This document shows, in pieces, positions 34,048 through 48,181 of a DNA stretch of 64,000 nt. The notes under the pieces were generated by a model. It did not search any database, had not been told where the DNA came from, and worked only from the letters and a program-made list of their open reading frames with translations. Made by a program: the position numbers and the translations under genes. The stretch is from Macrostomum hystrix (lineage: Eukaryota; Animalia; Platyhelminthes). Each line of letters starts with the position of its first letter. The first letter of the stretch is position 1. The stretch spans positions 806,001 to 870,000 of the forward strand of contig CATNEN010000041.1 in assembly GCA_950097015.1 (NCBI GenBank), given 5' to 3'.

Positions 34048-36177
34048 GATCTTTACATCATTATGTTAGCGTAAATCATAAAACATCAAGAATAGAGACT
34101 TGAAATAAATAGAAAATATACATATTAAACCAGAATTTCTAAAATAGTTTTATTTAACCCAAATACACCAAGGCCACCAGCCGAGGGAGAGTTCTAGGTT
34201 TAAAAAATCAGTAACCACGTCCACGATACTGAATTATCTCCTTCTTTGTGTGGTGTATAAAGTGTAGACCACTGAATTTTTACTTTTTCGCTTTTTACTT
34301 ATTAGCGTGTGAACTACAAATATGAAATATGTAAACTTGACAGAATTTAGTGCTTAATCTTGGAAAATTGCAAGTTTATAGAGTTGTTAAAAAACTTTTA
34401 CTGATAGTCTTTAAATCAAGACCAATCAAAGGACAGGGTTATAATTTCGCTTGCTTTTTAGGCAGTCGGTATTCAATGCGTCAGGCTTTTTGACTTGTCT
34501 AGTATATCCTTTTGCCTTAGGCCTAGTTATAAATTAGTTGCTTCTTATTTAAAACAACGAATAACGCGCATTTTTGTTAAATTGATGAGTAACTTAATCT
34601 ACTACTCATGTCTACAAAAGTAAAATAAATAGTCTAAAAGTAGTGTATAATAAATATTGTGGCAGCGCTTAGTATTAACAGCGCAGACGCTTTGTATGAT
34701 GAAGCGGATCTTTACTTTTTTATTTGCAAAATAGGGCCTACTCTATCTACCCACTGCTGTCTACATACACTATCGTATGCCATGCCTTAGCTGTTGATGT
34801 CTATCCTTTATCCCAGCTTGGGCTTCTTGAAATTTAATCCTGTAAAATACTTTGCGTTTTTCAATTGACTTGAAACTTCATCCACTGTCTTCTAGTGGGT
34901 CATAGACACTAGAAGACAGTGGGTTGTTGACTGACTATATGTTGTGTTGTAGCTTAAGCTTACTTTTAACTTTTAGTAATATGTATATTTATTTATTTAT
35001 TTAAATAAAACTAGTCTTGATTTACCTATTTTTATGAACCATAATTAACTATAAATAAATTAGGCCTAGCAAAAACATGAGCTTTATTGCAAGATTGTAG
35101 TTGTTGCTGTCGTTTTTCATCATTGTCATTGTGTCTGTTTCAGTTATATTTGGAGGTCCCTGGACACTTCATCACCTTACAACTTCGTCATCCAGATGAC
35201 AGTCTATCCAATATCACAGAGGGTGGATGACAAAATAACTTAGACTTGTATATATATACTTTGTCCTCTATAAAACAAAGGTTTTTAAAGTTAGAAGAGA
35301 ACCAACCCTCCCCACATTGTGTTGGCACCGATCTTTCAACTTTGTGGTCATAACTCTGCCATTGTCTGGTCCTAAGTCCAGAATGATAAAGGAGGAGGGG
35401 ACAGTCTCACTTTAGCCTCATTTTTACATATACTTGTACATGTATACAGAAGCATCTGTTAGGGCCTAATTGAATCTACAGACAACAATGCCTATTAGTG
35501 TAGATGACAAACTGACCAAGCTTTAAAGCATGCTGATTGGCTGGATGACGAAGTGTCCTACTTTCAAAGTGGATGAAAAAATTGTAAGATGGCAAGTGTT
35601 TAGTATCCTATTTGGATACCCCAAAGTCTTTAGATTGTATTAGTCTTCAATAGGTCTTCATGTCTATATTGAAGTTAAATCCAATTCATTATTCACAAGT
35701 TTAGGTGACCCAAAATCCTTTAATCACCATGTCCCATAGTTTCACTTAGGGTGGTATTCTTATATATTGTGGTCCCTGCAAAAGCCTTATAGGCAAAGTG
35801 CCACCCAGAAATTAATATGAGTAATCTTCAATAAGTCCCATTGACTCTATTGAAGATAAATATTATTTATTTGCCATTATCCTTAAAACAACACCCAACA
35901 AAAATTTTCTTCCAAAATTTCTAGGCCTAATTCCGTATATGCCACAAAGTGTGTTCATCCTGTGATAGGGTAGCCATTCCATAGAAAGTGGTTGTAGATA
36001 GAACAAAATTGTTTGTTGTTTTCAACTCAGCACCCTCAAAAAGCATTTATAGATACAGATTTATGTGCATGCTAAAACTAGAACTATTTTAGAGGATTAA
36101 AGTTCTAGAAGCCCCCTAGCTTCTGCAGTATCTGCTTTCCAACATCCTATAACATTTATTTAATATGGCTTTGATAG

Positions 36178-36541
36178 GGGGGTTAGTGGCAGAGCGGTTA
36201 ACGCGTTTGCCTCTTGCACCACAGTCCCTAAGTTCGATTCCACGGCAAGGCCACATTTATTTGGGGCGCAGCCGCAGAGAGAAGGCTTTGGGGCTTGTTG
36301 TGCAATTGACGCCCTTGAGGGCCAACCTCCAAGACACAGTGAAGTGTACACTGCCTGACGATGAGAAAGTCAGGGCAGATGTACACACCTGTGTGAGCGT
36401 ATGCCTGCCTACAGTATTTGTGTGCGTGTGTGCTCAGGAGTCAGCAAAATGGGCAGAATTGTCTCCTCGCTGGCTCAGGTCTAGTGTCACTAAATGATGT
36501 GCCACTGCCGGCAGCCCTCCTGCAATTAATATTATTATTAT
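36178..36541 (+). mobile_element. tRNA-derived SINE with 14-bp target-site duplication
   Basis: A-box gtggcagagcgg, B-box agttcgattc, (att)n tail; TSD tatggctttgatag at 36164-36177 and 36542-36555. Confidence 0.92.
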
Positions 36542-37480
36542 TATGGCTTTGATAGTACAATTTCCTGGTCCAATGCTAATAAATTATGTGTGATGCATTG
36601 ATATTGGATATTTTTTATACATGATACAATTAGATATAATATATAGGCTTAAAACGAAGGCCTAATGCCCAACTGCCAAAACAAGATTACTACCACAAAA
36701 CAAATCATATTGACTCATCAACATTGCCTTTCAAATTGACAAATGTCAATGGAAAGGAATAAGGAATTAAGGAAAAATGAAATAGCCAGCTTTCTTAGCT
36801 TATTCACATAGTCTACTGTACCTTCAATAGGCTTGATATTCATTTTCAAACCAGAATTCCTTTGGTAATAGACTCCTATGTTATTTTTTGTGGGTAGGCA
36901 AGTGATGAAAATTCAAAATTGTTTTAAAAAATATGTTGAATATATGAAATTAAAGATCTTAAAGTAAGTGTGTTAAGAGAACAATTGATCACCTTTTTGA
37001 ATCTATGAAATTCAAACATTTTTACAGTTTATATAAAATATTCACAAATTTATAATCATTTTCATTTAGGCCCTAGCTATTTTGAAAATTTAGGTAATTT
37101 TTTCTATGACCTGTGTTTTTTACTTTTAAACATTTTAAAATAACATTTTTTCAAGGTTTTATAAAAAAATGAGACTATAGCTAGTAATAAAAAATAAGTG
37201 TAATGTAACAAATGTAAATGTTAAAAAAACAATTATTTCTAGTGTAATTCTAATGATAAATATTTCTTTGTCTTCTGAATAAACTGATAAAGGTGGCTAA
37301 TATTTTCTTATTCTATACAAAGTGCAACAAATTAGTGTAGTAATATGTTACCCTCTCTTTAAAGCTCTAATTTTAATCAAGATTAAGGATTATTTTTTTA
37401 ATATTCATAAGAGACAAGCCTAGCACACATGTTTTGCTTCAGTTTTGAGATATAGCATTTATATTTATAAATAAGCTAGT

Positions 37481-37907
37481 CAAACAGTTGTAATATTGTG
37501 GTTTATTTATTGTATAGCCTAACATTTGTAATGCTTTGTGTCATGATGTTGCAAACAGTTGTAATATTGTGGTTTATTTATTGTATAGCCTAACATTTGT
37601 AATGCTTTGTGTCATGATGTTGCAAACACTTGTAATATTGTGGTTTATTTATTGTATAGCCTAACATTTGTAATGCTTTGTGTCATGATGTTGCAAACAG
37701 TTGTAATATTGTGGTTTATTTATTGTATAGCCTTACATTTGTAATGCTTTGTGTCATGATGTTGCAAACACTTGTAATATTGTGGTTTATTTATTGTATA
37801 GCCTAACATTTGTAATGCTTTGTGTCATGATGTTGCAAACACTTGTAATATTGTGGTTTATTTATTGTATAGCCTAACATTTGTAATGCTTTGTGTCATG
37901 ATGTTGT
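37481..37907. repeat. 71-bp tandem repeat, ~6 copies, just upstream of KDM4
   Basis: Direct periodicity. Confidence 0.95.
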
Positions 37908-38017
37908 CAATTTCATCTCCTATCACAAATTTCCGAATTAGCATATTTCCGAAATGCTATTATGATCTGTGAATTTTTGCAGTTGTAGGCTGAGCCCAGC
38001 CACAACCAGCTGCAACC

Positions 38018-41000
38018 ATGACCAGCCCAGGCTTGCAGTCCAGCCACAAGATTCAAACATTCTACCCGACCATAGAGGAATTCGCTGATTTCAATGCCTA
38101 CATTGAAAAGATTGAAGCCGCTGGGGCACACCTGGCTGGCATCTGTAAAATTGTGCCCCCACCCGAATGGGTGCCCCGCCGCGGTGGCTACAGCGACCTT
38201 GACCAACTGGTCATTCCTGGCCCCATCAAGCAGAAAGTTTGTGGAACTGGCGGCGTCTTCAGCCAGTGGAATGAGCTGCAGAAGCCGCTAACCGTGGCCA
38301 GCTTCCGCCAGCTGGCCAACAGCAGCAAGTACCAGACTCCAGCGCACACTGACATGGACCACCTGGAGAAGAAGTACTGGGCCAACCTCACCATCAATCC
38401 TGGTATCTATGGCGCTGATGTCAGTGGCTCAGTGACAGACCCGGAACAGACCTGCTGGAACATCGCCAAGCTGGGCAGCATTCTCGACGAAGTCGAGCTG
38501 GACTCCGGCGTCAAGATCGAAGGCGTGAACACGCCTTACCTCTACTTCGGAATGTGGAAAACCTCCTTTCCCTGGCACACTGAGGACATGGATCTGTACT
38601 CCATCAACTACATTCACTTCGGCGCAGACAAGCACTGGTACGCCGTGCCGCCAGCCCATGGCAGGAAGCTGGAGCGCCTGGCGCAGAGCTTCTTCGGCGC
38701 CTCCTACAAGAGCTGCCCGGCCTTCCTCAGGCACAAGACTACCCTCATTAGTCCCCAGGTGAGCAGGGCGAGACTTTTAAATTGCTCTTGTGAGTATTTG
38801 TCTGCTGCAATACTGACATAAGCTGGAGTCAGTCAGTGCCAAATGTTATGCCCTTTGTCATTATCAGCCTTTGATATCCGTGCCTGTTTGTCAGTGTCAG
38901 CCTTTGATATCCTTGCCTGTTTGTCATTATCAGCCTTTGAAATCCTTGCCTGTTTGTCAGTGTCAGCCTTTGATATCCTTGCCTGTTTGTCAGTGTCAGC
39001 CTTTGATATCCTTGCCTGTTTGTCAGTGTCAGCCTTTGATATCCTTGCCTGTTTGTCAGTGTCAGCCTTTGATATCCTTGCCTGTTTGTCAGTGTCAGCC
39101 TTTGATATCCTTGCCTGTTTGTCAGTGTCAGCCTTTGATATCCTTGCCTGTTTGTCAGTGTCAGCCTTTGATATCCTTGCCTGTTTGTCATTATCAGCCT
39201 TTGAACTCCTTGTCATTCAGTGTCAGCTATTATTCCCTGCTTGTCATTCAGTGTCAGCTATTATCCCCTGCTTGTCATTCAGTGTCAGCTATTATCCCCT
39301 GCTTGTCATTCAGTGTCAGCTATTATCCCCTGCTTGTCATTCAGTGTCAGCTATTATCCCCTGCTTGTCATTCAGTGTCAGCTATTGTCCCCTGCTTGTC
39401 ATTCAGTGTCAGCTATTATCCCCTGCTTGTCATTCAGTGTCAGCTATTATCCACTCCTTGTCATTCAGTGTCAGCTATTATCCACTCCTTGTCATTCCGT
39501 GTCAGCTATTATCCACTCCTTGTCATTCCGTGTCAGCTATTATCCACTGCTTGTCATTCAGTGTCAGTTATTATCCACTCCTTGTCATTCAGTGTCAGCT
39601 ATTATCCACTGCTTGTCATTCAGTGTCAGCTATTGTTCGGACTGCATATTGCTTCCATAGAGTCACTGATAGTTACTTTCACGCTTGAATTGTCGCAGGT
39701 GCTGCACAAGTACGGAGTGCCAGTGGAGAAGATCACACAGCGCCAGGGCGAGATCATGATCACTTTCCCGTACGGCTATCACAGCGGCTTCAACGTGGGT
39801 TTCAACTGCGCCGAAAGCACGAACTTCGCCAGCAGGCGGTGGATCTCCTACGGCAAGAAGGCCACTCTGTGCTGCTGCCAGAAGGACAGCGTCAAGATTG
39901 ACATGGGCGTCTTCGTGCGCAAGTTCCAGCCAGAGAAGTGAGTCTTGCTGCTTCTCTTCTTTTTTGTCTAGTGTCTGGATCTCTGATCCAGTGTCTAGAT
40001 CTCCGATCCATTGTCTAGATCTGTTATCCAGTGTGTAGATCTCCGATCCAGTGTGTAGATCTCCGATCCATTGTCTAGATCTGTTATCCAGTGTGTAGAT
40101 CTCCGATCCAGTGTGTAGATCTCCGATCCATTGTCTAGATCTGTTATCCAGTGTGTAGATCTCCGATCCAGTGTGTAGATCTCCGATCCATTGTCTAGAT
40201 CTGTTATCCAGTGTGTAAATCTCCGATCTATTGTCTAGATCTGTTATCCAGTGTTTAAATCTCCGATCCAGTGTGTAGATCTCCGATCCATTGTCTAGAT
40301 CTGTTATCCAGTGTGTAAATCTCCGATCTATTGTCTAGATCTGTTATCCAGTGTGTAAATCTCCGATCCATTGTCTAGATCTGTTATCCAGTGTGTAGAT
40401 CTCCGATCCATTGTCTAGATCTGTTATCCAGTGTGTAGATCTCCGATCCATTGTCTAGATCTATTATCCCGTGTGTAGATCTCCGATCCAGTGTGTAGAT
40501 CTGTTATCCAGTGTGTAGATCTCCGATCTAAATTGTCGCTTCACCGTCATGCGTCATCGTCTTTCCCGTCAGGCTCGACGACTGGCTGGAGGGCCGCGAC
40601 GTCAGCCCGCACCCTGAAGACGACGTTAAGCGGCAGCGCCGGCCGCAGTCAACACCGCCGCAGGCTGAATCCCAAGCTGCCACAGTGGCCACAACCACCG
40701 CCACTGCCGCCAGCACCGCCGGCGGCGACTGGGACGCGGGCAGCGACCATTCATCGGACATTCCATCCCTGACGCTCAGCGACGATCCCCGCCGGCACTG
40801 CGGACCCATCGAGCTGCTGCGCGAAGCCGCGCCAGCCACCATCGCCGAGTCCTCCGAGTCGACACCGTCGGCTGCTAGCGCAATGCCACCGGACTCCTGC
40901 CCTGTACAGTTCGGCGCCACCGGCCAGCGCTTTGTGGCCGCCCAGGGCGCCTTGTGGGCGGACGCACCGGCCAACCCGGCGGCAGAGGCGGCCCTGAACG

Positions 41001-44000
41001 AGCGGATGGCCCTGGTGGAACCGCACTGCGCCGTGTGCACCTTCTTCCTGCTGCCGGATCGCCGGGCTGAAGTCCTCCGGTCCGGCTTTTCGCCCAGGAA
41101 GCAGTGCCCGCAGAGCCGCTCCTCAGTGTGGCTGCCCGAGCTGCTGTTCGCCAAAGAGGGGCCGTTCGACCTGGGCCGATCTGTGGTTGAAGTTTCCTCG
41201 GTACTTCAGTGCGCCAGGTAGAGAAACCGCTTCTGACTACTGACACACATTAGGGTGTATGAAGCTTAAAATTTGCCTGAATATACATCGTTACTCCCAG
41301 CGTTCTCCTCATACTTACCTAACCTTGCTGACAATCGACCTCACCAAAGGTGTCGTGTGGCCGTGCACGCCTTCTGCTACGGCTGCCCGGAGGACACGCC
41401 AACAGCCGGCTGGCTCTGCGACCGCTGCTGCTCTGACACCGCCGCTGGCGTAGACCAGGCAGCCACAGCCGTCGCCCAGTGCCGCCTGTGCCGGCACCGC
41501 GGCGGCGCCCTGAAGCCGGCGATTCTGGCCGACGCCGACACTTCGCACTCATCCGCCGCCCGCGCCAAATTGATGTGGGCCCACGTGGCCTGCGCTCTGG
41601 CCGTGCGCGACGTTGTCTTCGGCGACCTGAACAGGCGGTCTCCCATTCTTTTGCCACTGCGACTGCCGGCCGGCGAAGCCAAGTCGGCCAAGTGGTGAGG
41701 GCCCGAGCTGTGGTGTATCGGGAAATTTATCCTCATCTACGGACGAATGAAATGGTCAGATTTAACTAGTTTTGTGATTCGTACTGACAGAAGTAAAATT
41801 AAAAAGAATTCAAGGGACAGTCGGTTGGGTTTTAAATGCATTCAGTTGAAATTTAGGGATTTCAGGGGAGATTCGTGTGAATTCTAGTGAGATTCGGGTG
41901 AGATTCGTATAAATCCAAGTGAGGTGCATATTGAGTCAGGTGAGATTCATTTCTAGATTCAGATAAGATTCAAGAGAATTTGGGTGAGTTTCCGAGGAAT
42001 TCAGGTGAGATTTTGGGGTCTCCAGTAGGATTTGAGAGATTCAGGTGAGATTTTGGGGTTTCCAGTAGGATTTGAGAGATTCAGGTGAGATTTTGGGGTT
42101 TCCAGTAGGATTTGAGGGATTCAGGTGAGATTTTGGGGTTTCCAGTAAGATTTGAGAGATTCAGGTGAGATTTTGGGGTTTCCAGTAGGATTTGAGAGAT
42201 TCAGGTGAGATTTTGGGGTTTCCAGTAGGATTTGAGAGATTCAGGTGAGATTTTGGGGTTTCCAGTAGGATTTGAGAGATTCAGGTGAGATTTTGGGGTT
42301 TCCAGTAGGATTTGAGAGATTCAGGTGAGATTTTGGGGTTTCCAGTAGGATTTGAGAGATTCAGGTGAGATTTTGGGGTTTCCAGTAGGATTTGAGAGAT
42401 TCAGGTGAGATTTTGGGGTTTCCAGTAGGATTTGAGGGATTCAGGTGTGATTCTAAGATTTAGCGCTTTCATGTACAGTTGCTCACAATCAATGCCACCG
42501 GATTGAGATTTTACCGCTAAAACTCGCACCAGGTGCTCCGTGTGCAACGGCAAGGTGGGACCGTACCCGCTGTGCAAGTGCTCCTATAGCTGCAGCACGC
42601 ATTTCCACCCGGGCTGCGCCTACTACTCTGGCGCCCTGATCGAGGTGTACGACTGGCCCTGGCCCTCCTGGATCACCTGCCGCAAGCACCGCGGCTCCTT
42701 CGCCGGCCTGGACTCGCAGCAGAGGCCACCAGCTCAGATCAGCGTCGGCGACCGTGTCATCGCCAAGCACCGGAATGGCCGGTACTATACTGGCCAGGTG
42801 GTCGAGCTGCATAGTGCGCACCAGTTCTCCGTGGACTTTCAGGACGGCTCCTACAGCGAGGATGTTCCTCGCTCCAGCTTCGTGGACCTAGCCGATGGCG
42901 CCGACATGCCCAAAGTTGGCGACATGACCAGGGTTATCTGGACTAACAATCAGGTCCGTTGGCTTGCAGCAATGGGGATTATTGGGTCTCTGAGTAGATC
43001 GGTTAGTGGGTCATAGGGTAGGTAGATTAGTGGGCCAGTGAGTAGGTGGATTAGTGGGCCAGTGAGTAGGTGGATTAGTGTGCCATTGGGTAGGTGGATT
43101 AGTGGGCCAGTGAGTTTGGATAAGTTTGATAAGCCGCGGCAACCATCGCTGCATCTCCAAGGTGTACACCGTGCGCTTCATGGGCAGCAGCGTGATTGAC
43201 GAATTTCGCGTCCGCTTCGCCACCGGTGACGAATGCCTGCTTGAACGGCGATTCGTCTACGCCGACGGTGAGGAGCTCCCGGCCAAGGTGCGAAACCGCC
43301 TGAGCCACTGCTCCGACCAGCGCAGCCTCGGCCACCTCAGCACCGGCCTGGCCGACGAGCGCAAGCTTCGTCGTCGTCGACGAGGCGGCGAGGGCGACGA
43401 TGACCGCGGCAGTTGCCATAGCAACGGAGGCGATGCCAAAGCTGATGAAGCACAAGACCTGGATGAGGCCCATAAGTCTGGGGATAACAAAGCCATCCAA
43501 GAACTCGATAATACTGTTGTTGCTCATGTTTCCGCTGCTTCATCGGAAGCTGTCAACGGCACACCTGTAGCTACGAACTCTCACTCTAACACAGTTCATC
43601 CTGCAAGGGGCGCTGGTGTTGGAAAATCCACTAGCGTTTCCAACGGCAACCGCGTTGCTAGGGAAGCCCGTGTCTCAAAGGCGACACGCGTGATTAGCGA
43701 TGTGCCTGTCGGCATCACAACCCGGCGTTCAAAGAGCGCATCTGACTTGAAGGGCGCCGCCAAGCCCACCATTGATGCAGAAACTCACGTTGCCAAGGAC
43801 GAAATTTTGGATGAATTTTCTGTTACTGTGAAAGCTGATATCGAGGATGCAGCTGTTGACGCCCCGACTGTTGCAGTTAATAAGGACTCGAATGGTGACA
43901 AGGATGTTGCAGTTAGGAGTTCAAGCGATAATAATGTCAACGAGGATCCGATTCCAATTAAGACTTCGAAGGTTGCCGTAATTGCATCTGTTGCCTCAGA

Positions 44001-44697
44001 TGCTCCAGATGATATTTCGCCTGTTTCTGTGGAAGCTCCTGTTGTAATGCAGGTTCCGGTTGCTATGGAAGCCTCGGTTGCTAGGACTTCGCCCATTGAT
44101 ATAAAAATTGAAGATGCTGAGGACATGACAATTGCTATGGATACCCCGGATGTCCAAGAATCCAAAAAGTCGCTGAAACGGGCGGCCGCGGCCAAGTCGA
44201 TAGAAGATCCGCCTCAGTTGGGCGTCCCTTCTTGTCGATCAGCATCGCCTTGTGCCGTAGCTCTAACAGCTCGAGAGCGGCGACTGCGCGGTAGGCACGC
44301 TTCCATGGAAACAATTGAAACCGGGGCCGACACAGACACCGTCGCCACGGCAACCCCAACCTTACCCAAGCGACCGCGACAGGGCACCAACGCTTCTTCT
44401 AAGACGCCGCCGGCTGGAATCAGCGCCATTGTGGACTCGCTGGAGAGCTTCCTGGTGGAGGATTTCTTCCCAGCTCCGCCGCCTCCGCCGCGCCAGTCCC
44501 CGGTACCTCTGCGCAGCAAATCTCGGCGTCGTCGACCCGACAGTCTTGGTGAGGATGTTGTTGCGAATTCCGCGTCAGCCGCGACTGCCACCAGCGACAT
44601 GGCTCCAGCCGCTGAGTCGGCTTCACCTACGACTGTGGTCGGCGAGGCCAGGCGTTACTCGCAGCGCCTGCGTGGCGCCGCCTCGCCGGAGTTCTGA
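38018..44697 (+). CDS. KDM4: KDM4/JMJD2 histone lysine demethylase (JmjN-JmjC-PHD-PHD-double Tudor, ~1308 aa); exons 38018-38758, 39699-39937, 40573-41217, 41350-41694, 42533-42953, 43162-44697
   Basis: FYPTIEEF...KIVPPPEW (JmjN); [38 protein letters not shown] (Fe/2-OG/Zn ligands intact); VHAFCYG and WAHVACAL (PHD); [11 protein letters not shown] and [11 protein letters not shown] (Tudors); intron phases consistent. Confidence 0.96.
38853..39635. repeat. Adjacent 33-bp and 31-bp minisatellites in KDM4 intron 1
   Basis: Direct periodicity; the two units share ttgtca.t.tcagc. Confidence 0.95.
39968..40527. repeat. 20-bp two-variant minisatellite in KDM4 intron 2
   Basis: tccagtgtgtagatctccga and tccattgtctagatctgtta units alternate. 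Confidence 0.95.
41998..42450. repeat. 40-bp minisatellite in KDM4 intron 4
   Basis: gattcaggtgagattttggggtttccagtaggatttgaga, ~11 copies. Confidence 0.96.
43020..43115. repeat. 24-bp repeat in KDM4 intron 5
   Basis: gtgagtaggtggattagtgggcca, ~4 copies. Confidence 0.88.
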
Positions 44698-44889
44698 GCG
44701 ACTGGGGGATCCGTGCGCTGTTCCTATGAAATAATTGAACAGAAGTACATTCCTCTGTAATCCGCTTGTCAGTCCGGCTCTGCACATGTTTATTGTGCTT
44801 GTTTTTGCTAGTCTTTGTTTTATATACCTGGTAACCGTTACGGCCTGAGTAGATTTTTTATAGTCTGCCACCGTCTTGGACAATGGTAG

Positions 44890-45367
44890 ACCTCAGATCC
44901 TCATGCTGAACAGCCACCCCCTCCATTCCCCTCAGATCCTCATGCTGAACAACCACCCCCTCCATTCCCCTCAGATCCTCATGCTGAACAGCCACCCCCT
45001 CCATTCCCCTCAGGTCCTCATGCCGAGCAGCCACCCCGTCCATTCCCCTCAGATCCTCATGCTGAGCAGCCACCCCTCCATTCCCCTCAGATCCTCATGC
45101 TGAGCAGCCACCCCCTCCATTCCCCTCAGATCCTCATGCTGAGCAGCCACCCCCTCCATTCCCCTCAGGTCCTCATGCCGAGCAGCCACCCCGTCCATTC
45201 CCCTCAGGTCCTCATGCTGAGCAGCCACCCCCTCCATTCCCCTCAGATCCTCATGCTGAGCAGCCACACCCTCCATTCCCCTCAGGTCCTCATGCTGAGC
45301 AGCCACCCCCTCCATTCCCCTCAGGTCCTCATGCTGAGCAGCCACCCCCTCCATTCCCCCAGATCCT
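44890..45367. repeat. 39-bp minisatellite 3' of KDM4
   Basis: Direct periodicity. Confidence 0.95.
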
Positions 45368-46239
45368 CCGTACTGATACACATAATGACAGCCAGGTATG
45401 TCAGATAAGGCCATGTATTTTTTCAATCCTCTGTGCCTGCTACCCCCTGCAGCAGGCAGTTCTGCCTAGCTGCGCTACTATTTTGAACCAAACTCTCTGG
45501 TTTAGTTGTCTTACAACTTGGTTTTTATTTCTCCTGCTTTTCTGTTTTTACTATCCAAGAACTTCTCAATAGCTGAACGATGATAAATGTTGTAAATATT
45601 CGCACTGATGTTGTGAAGATGTTGGCATTGAAAGTGTTCTTTAATCATTTGTGCATCCCAGTGTGATAAGCAGTGGATTGTCGCATTGCAGTTGTTTCCA
45701 ACTAATGTTTGTATTTCTCATATTTGTACTCGTATCTTGTTGATTATTTAAATCCAGCATATTTTCTGTTTTAATTCAATGTAATAAAGAGCACGCTGTA
45801 AGTGTTCCACATGTGCTGTCAAGTAATTAGCGATTAGCGATTAGCGCATTAGCGCACGGTTGGTTGGGCTCATCACTGACCATTGCCCAGTTGATTTTCG
45901 GGAATCTTCTGTCTGCCAGTTGAATAATTTTTTTCTTAAAGCCTCCCCTCTGTTTTTAAGCCTGCACCAATGAGTTTCTCACGTCTGTAAATTGCATCTG
46001 TGTACACCGGATCCACCTCTGCCCCACTGTACCTATGTCCTGTTTATGCCGCCGTTTGTTTTGCCTACATCTGTCACCGATTTCTAACTCCCTTTGACTT
46101 TTCTCTCCATTTCGCTCTAAATATATTCTTTGCCGTGCTTACTATCGGCAATGTGTCATCTTTTGGTGTTTGTGTGGACCAATTGCTTAATAACTGATGC
46201 TTTTTCCTTCCTCCTTTCCCTTCATTCTACAAGCGGTGC

Positions 46240-46790
46240 ACTTCCTACTGCCACCTGTCCTTTGGTGCACCAGCTACTGCCACCTGTCCTTCGGTGCACC
46301 AGCTACTGCCACCTGTCCTTTGGTGCACCAGCTACTGCCACCTGTCCTTCGGTGCACCAGCTACTGCCACCTGTCCTTTGGTGCACCAGCTACTGCCACC
46401 TGTCCTTCGGTGCACCAGCTACTGCCACCTGTCCTTCAGTGCACCAGCTACTGCCACCTGTCCTTCGGTGCACCAGCTACTGCCACCTGTCCTTCGGTGC
46501 ACCAGCTACTGCCACCTGTCCTTCGGTGCACCAGCTACTGCCACCTGTCCTTCAGTGCACCAGCTACTGCCACCTGTCCTTCAGTGCACCAGCTACTGCC
46601 ACCTGTCCTTCAGTGCACCAGCTACTGCCACCTTCGGTGCACCAGCTACTGCCACCTTCGGTGCACCAGCTACTGCCACCTTCGGTGCACCAGCTACTCC
46701 CACCTGTCCTTCAGTGCACCAGCTACTGCCACCTTCGGTGCACCAGCTACTCCCACCTGTCCTTCAGTGCACCAGCTACTGCCACCTTCG
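46240..46790. repeat. 29-bp minisatellite with 24-bp variants
   Basis: gcaccagctactgccacctgtccttcggt units. Confidence 0.95.
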
Positions 46791-48181
46791 TTGCATTAGC
46801 TACTAAAACCTACCGTCTCCCAATCCGTTCTTTGTATCGCAGATTTATCTTTAAAAATAAATATAATTGTCGTCGCTTGCTACTCATAAAAGCAGTTAGT
46901 AGTTTGCATTGAGTATAAAAAATAACTCCACTCAAATGACACAAAAATCCTGAAAGCCCTGGTCAAGTTCATCAATCTCCTGGGTACTTCTGACTGGTGT
47001 CCTTGGAAAGTAGAGTTAATGAGTTCTGAAGCAGCATATTCACTCGTACACGCTTGCAGGCAGTGACTTTTGTCTGATGTGGCTAGGAAATCAATTGGTA
47101 GGACCTCCTTTATCGGCAAGAGGTCCTGATGCGATTGTTTATGATCTCGCGGGCCTGCAGAAAGCAGTGACAGTTGCCGAGCCTCCTGTCACATTTATCT
47201 CTCCCGGCGTTTTTGTTTCTCACCCGGCGCTTTTGCCGGAAATTGCATGCCTCACCGCTGGGTCTCTCAGCTGCTGGCGGCCCACGCCACGGGGGACCTC
47301 GGAGTTATTTTTCACGAGTTCTGCGCCCAGATTTATTCGCCAAAGAATCTCCACCTGCACTTTTGCCGGACACTCGATCCAGAAAACTGCAATAGCCATA
47401 TGCGACCAAAACATCCAGAATTCACTGAGCAAATTGCGCCTATAAGGCCTCTGCGAATATCTGAACCAAACTCTTATAAACAACTGCTAATTGCGACGTA
47501 CCTTAGCTGAGTATTTTCCGCAGTTCTTTGCAGCGTCAAGTGCGTTTGGTCAACTCGACTCATTTTTAATTCAATTTTTTCATTCAGTGGTACTTCATTT
47601 CGATGGTGGTTCATTTTGGTGGCTCTTTGACATTTCATTACGTCCTTCATTCCTTCATTTCATATAGGACCGTGTGGTTAAGGTGTATTGTGACAGGCTT
47701 GGCTTACGGCCTTAAAAAGTCACGCAGGCATTCAGAGTTGCAAACAGTCAATCTTGACTTCCAAAGTGCAACAGCCTCGCTTTTGATGGGTGCACACTGC
47801 ACAGTCAGAAGACCCGCGACTGCTGTCGAAGTTCTCTCGCCCCATTCGCTCCCTGACGGCTGGAAAAGTTCAGCTTGCCTGGTCAACAGATTGCCAATTG
47901 GAAACTGGCCCGGGGCAGAAAGTGCGCCACACAAACCGGGGTGCGGGGCTCCACGGCTCATCTGCAGGGATCTTTGGACCAGAGAAGGCTGCAAATGAGC
48001 GGATAGGTGCTGCCCACCCCATGCCTTCCCGTCCCCGATTCCCCACTGCTGTCTCGCACCACCCTCCCTGGCGATCTTGCGCAGCAGCGATGTGCCGCGG
48101 ATAAAATAATAAAAGAAATGGGATAAAAAGCAGCAGGCGGGAAGTGAATTCCTCACAAGAAATCCCGGAGCGCAGTAGGAA

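Noticed and set aside
36178-36260. tRNA genes (also at 12405, 17096 and 62555)
   Set aside because: A/B boxes are followed by SINE bodies, tails and in two cases TSDs; no complete cloverleaf or acceptor stem is evident.
46880-48104. Short ORFs between KDM4 and PDLIM, and at 63000-64000
   Set aside because: No recognisable motifs or consistent exon structure.
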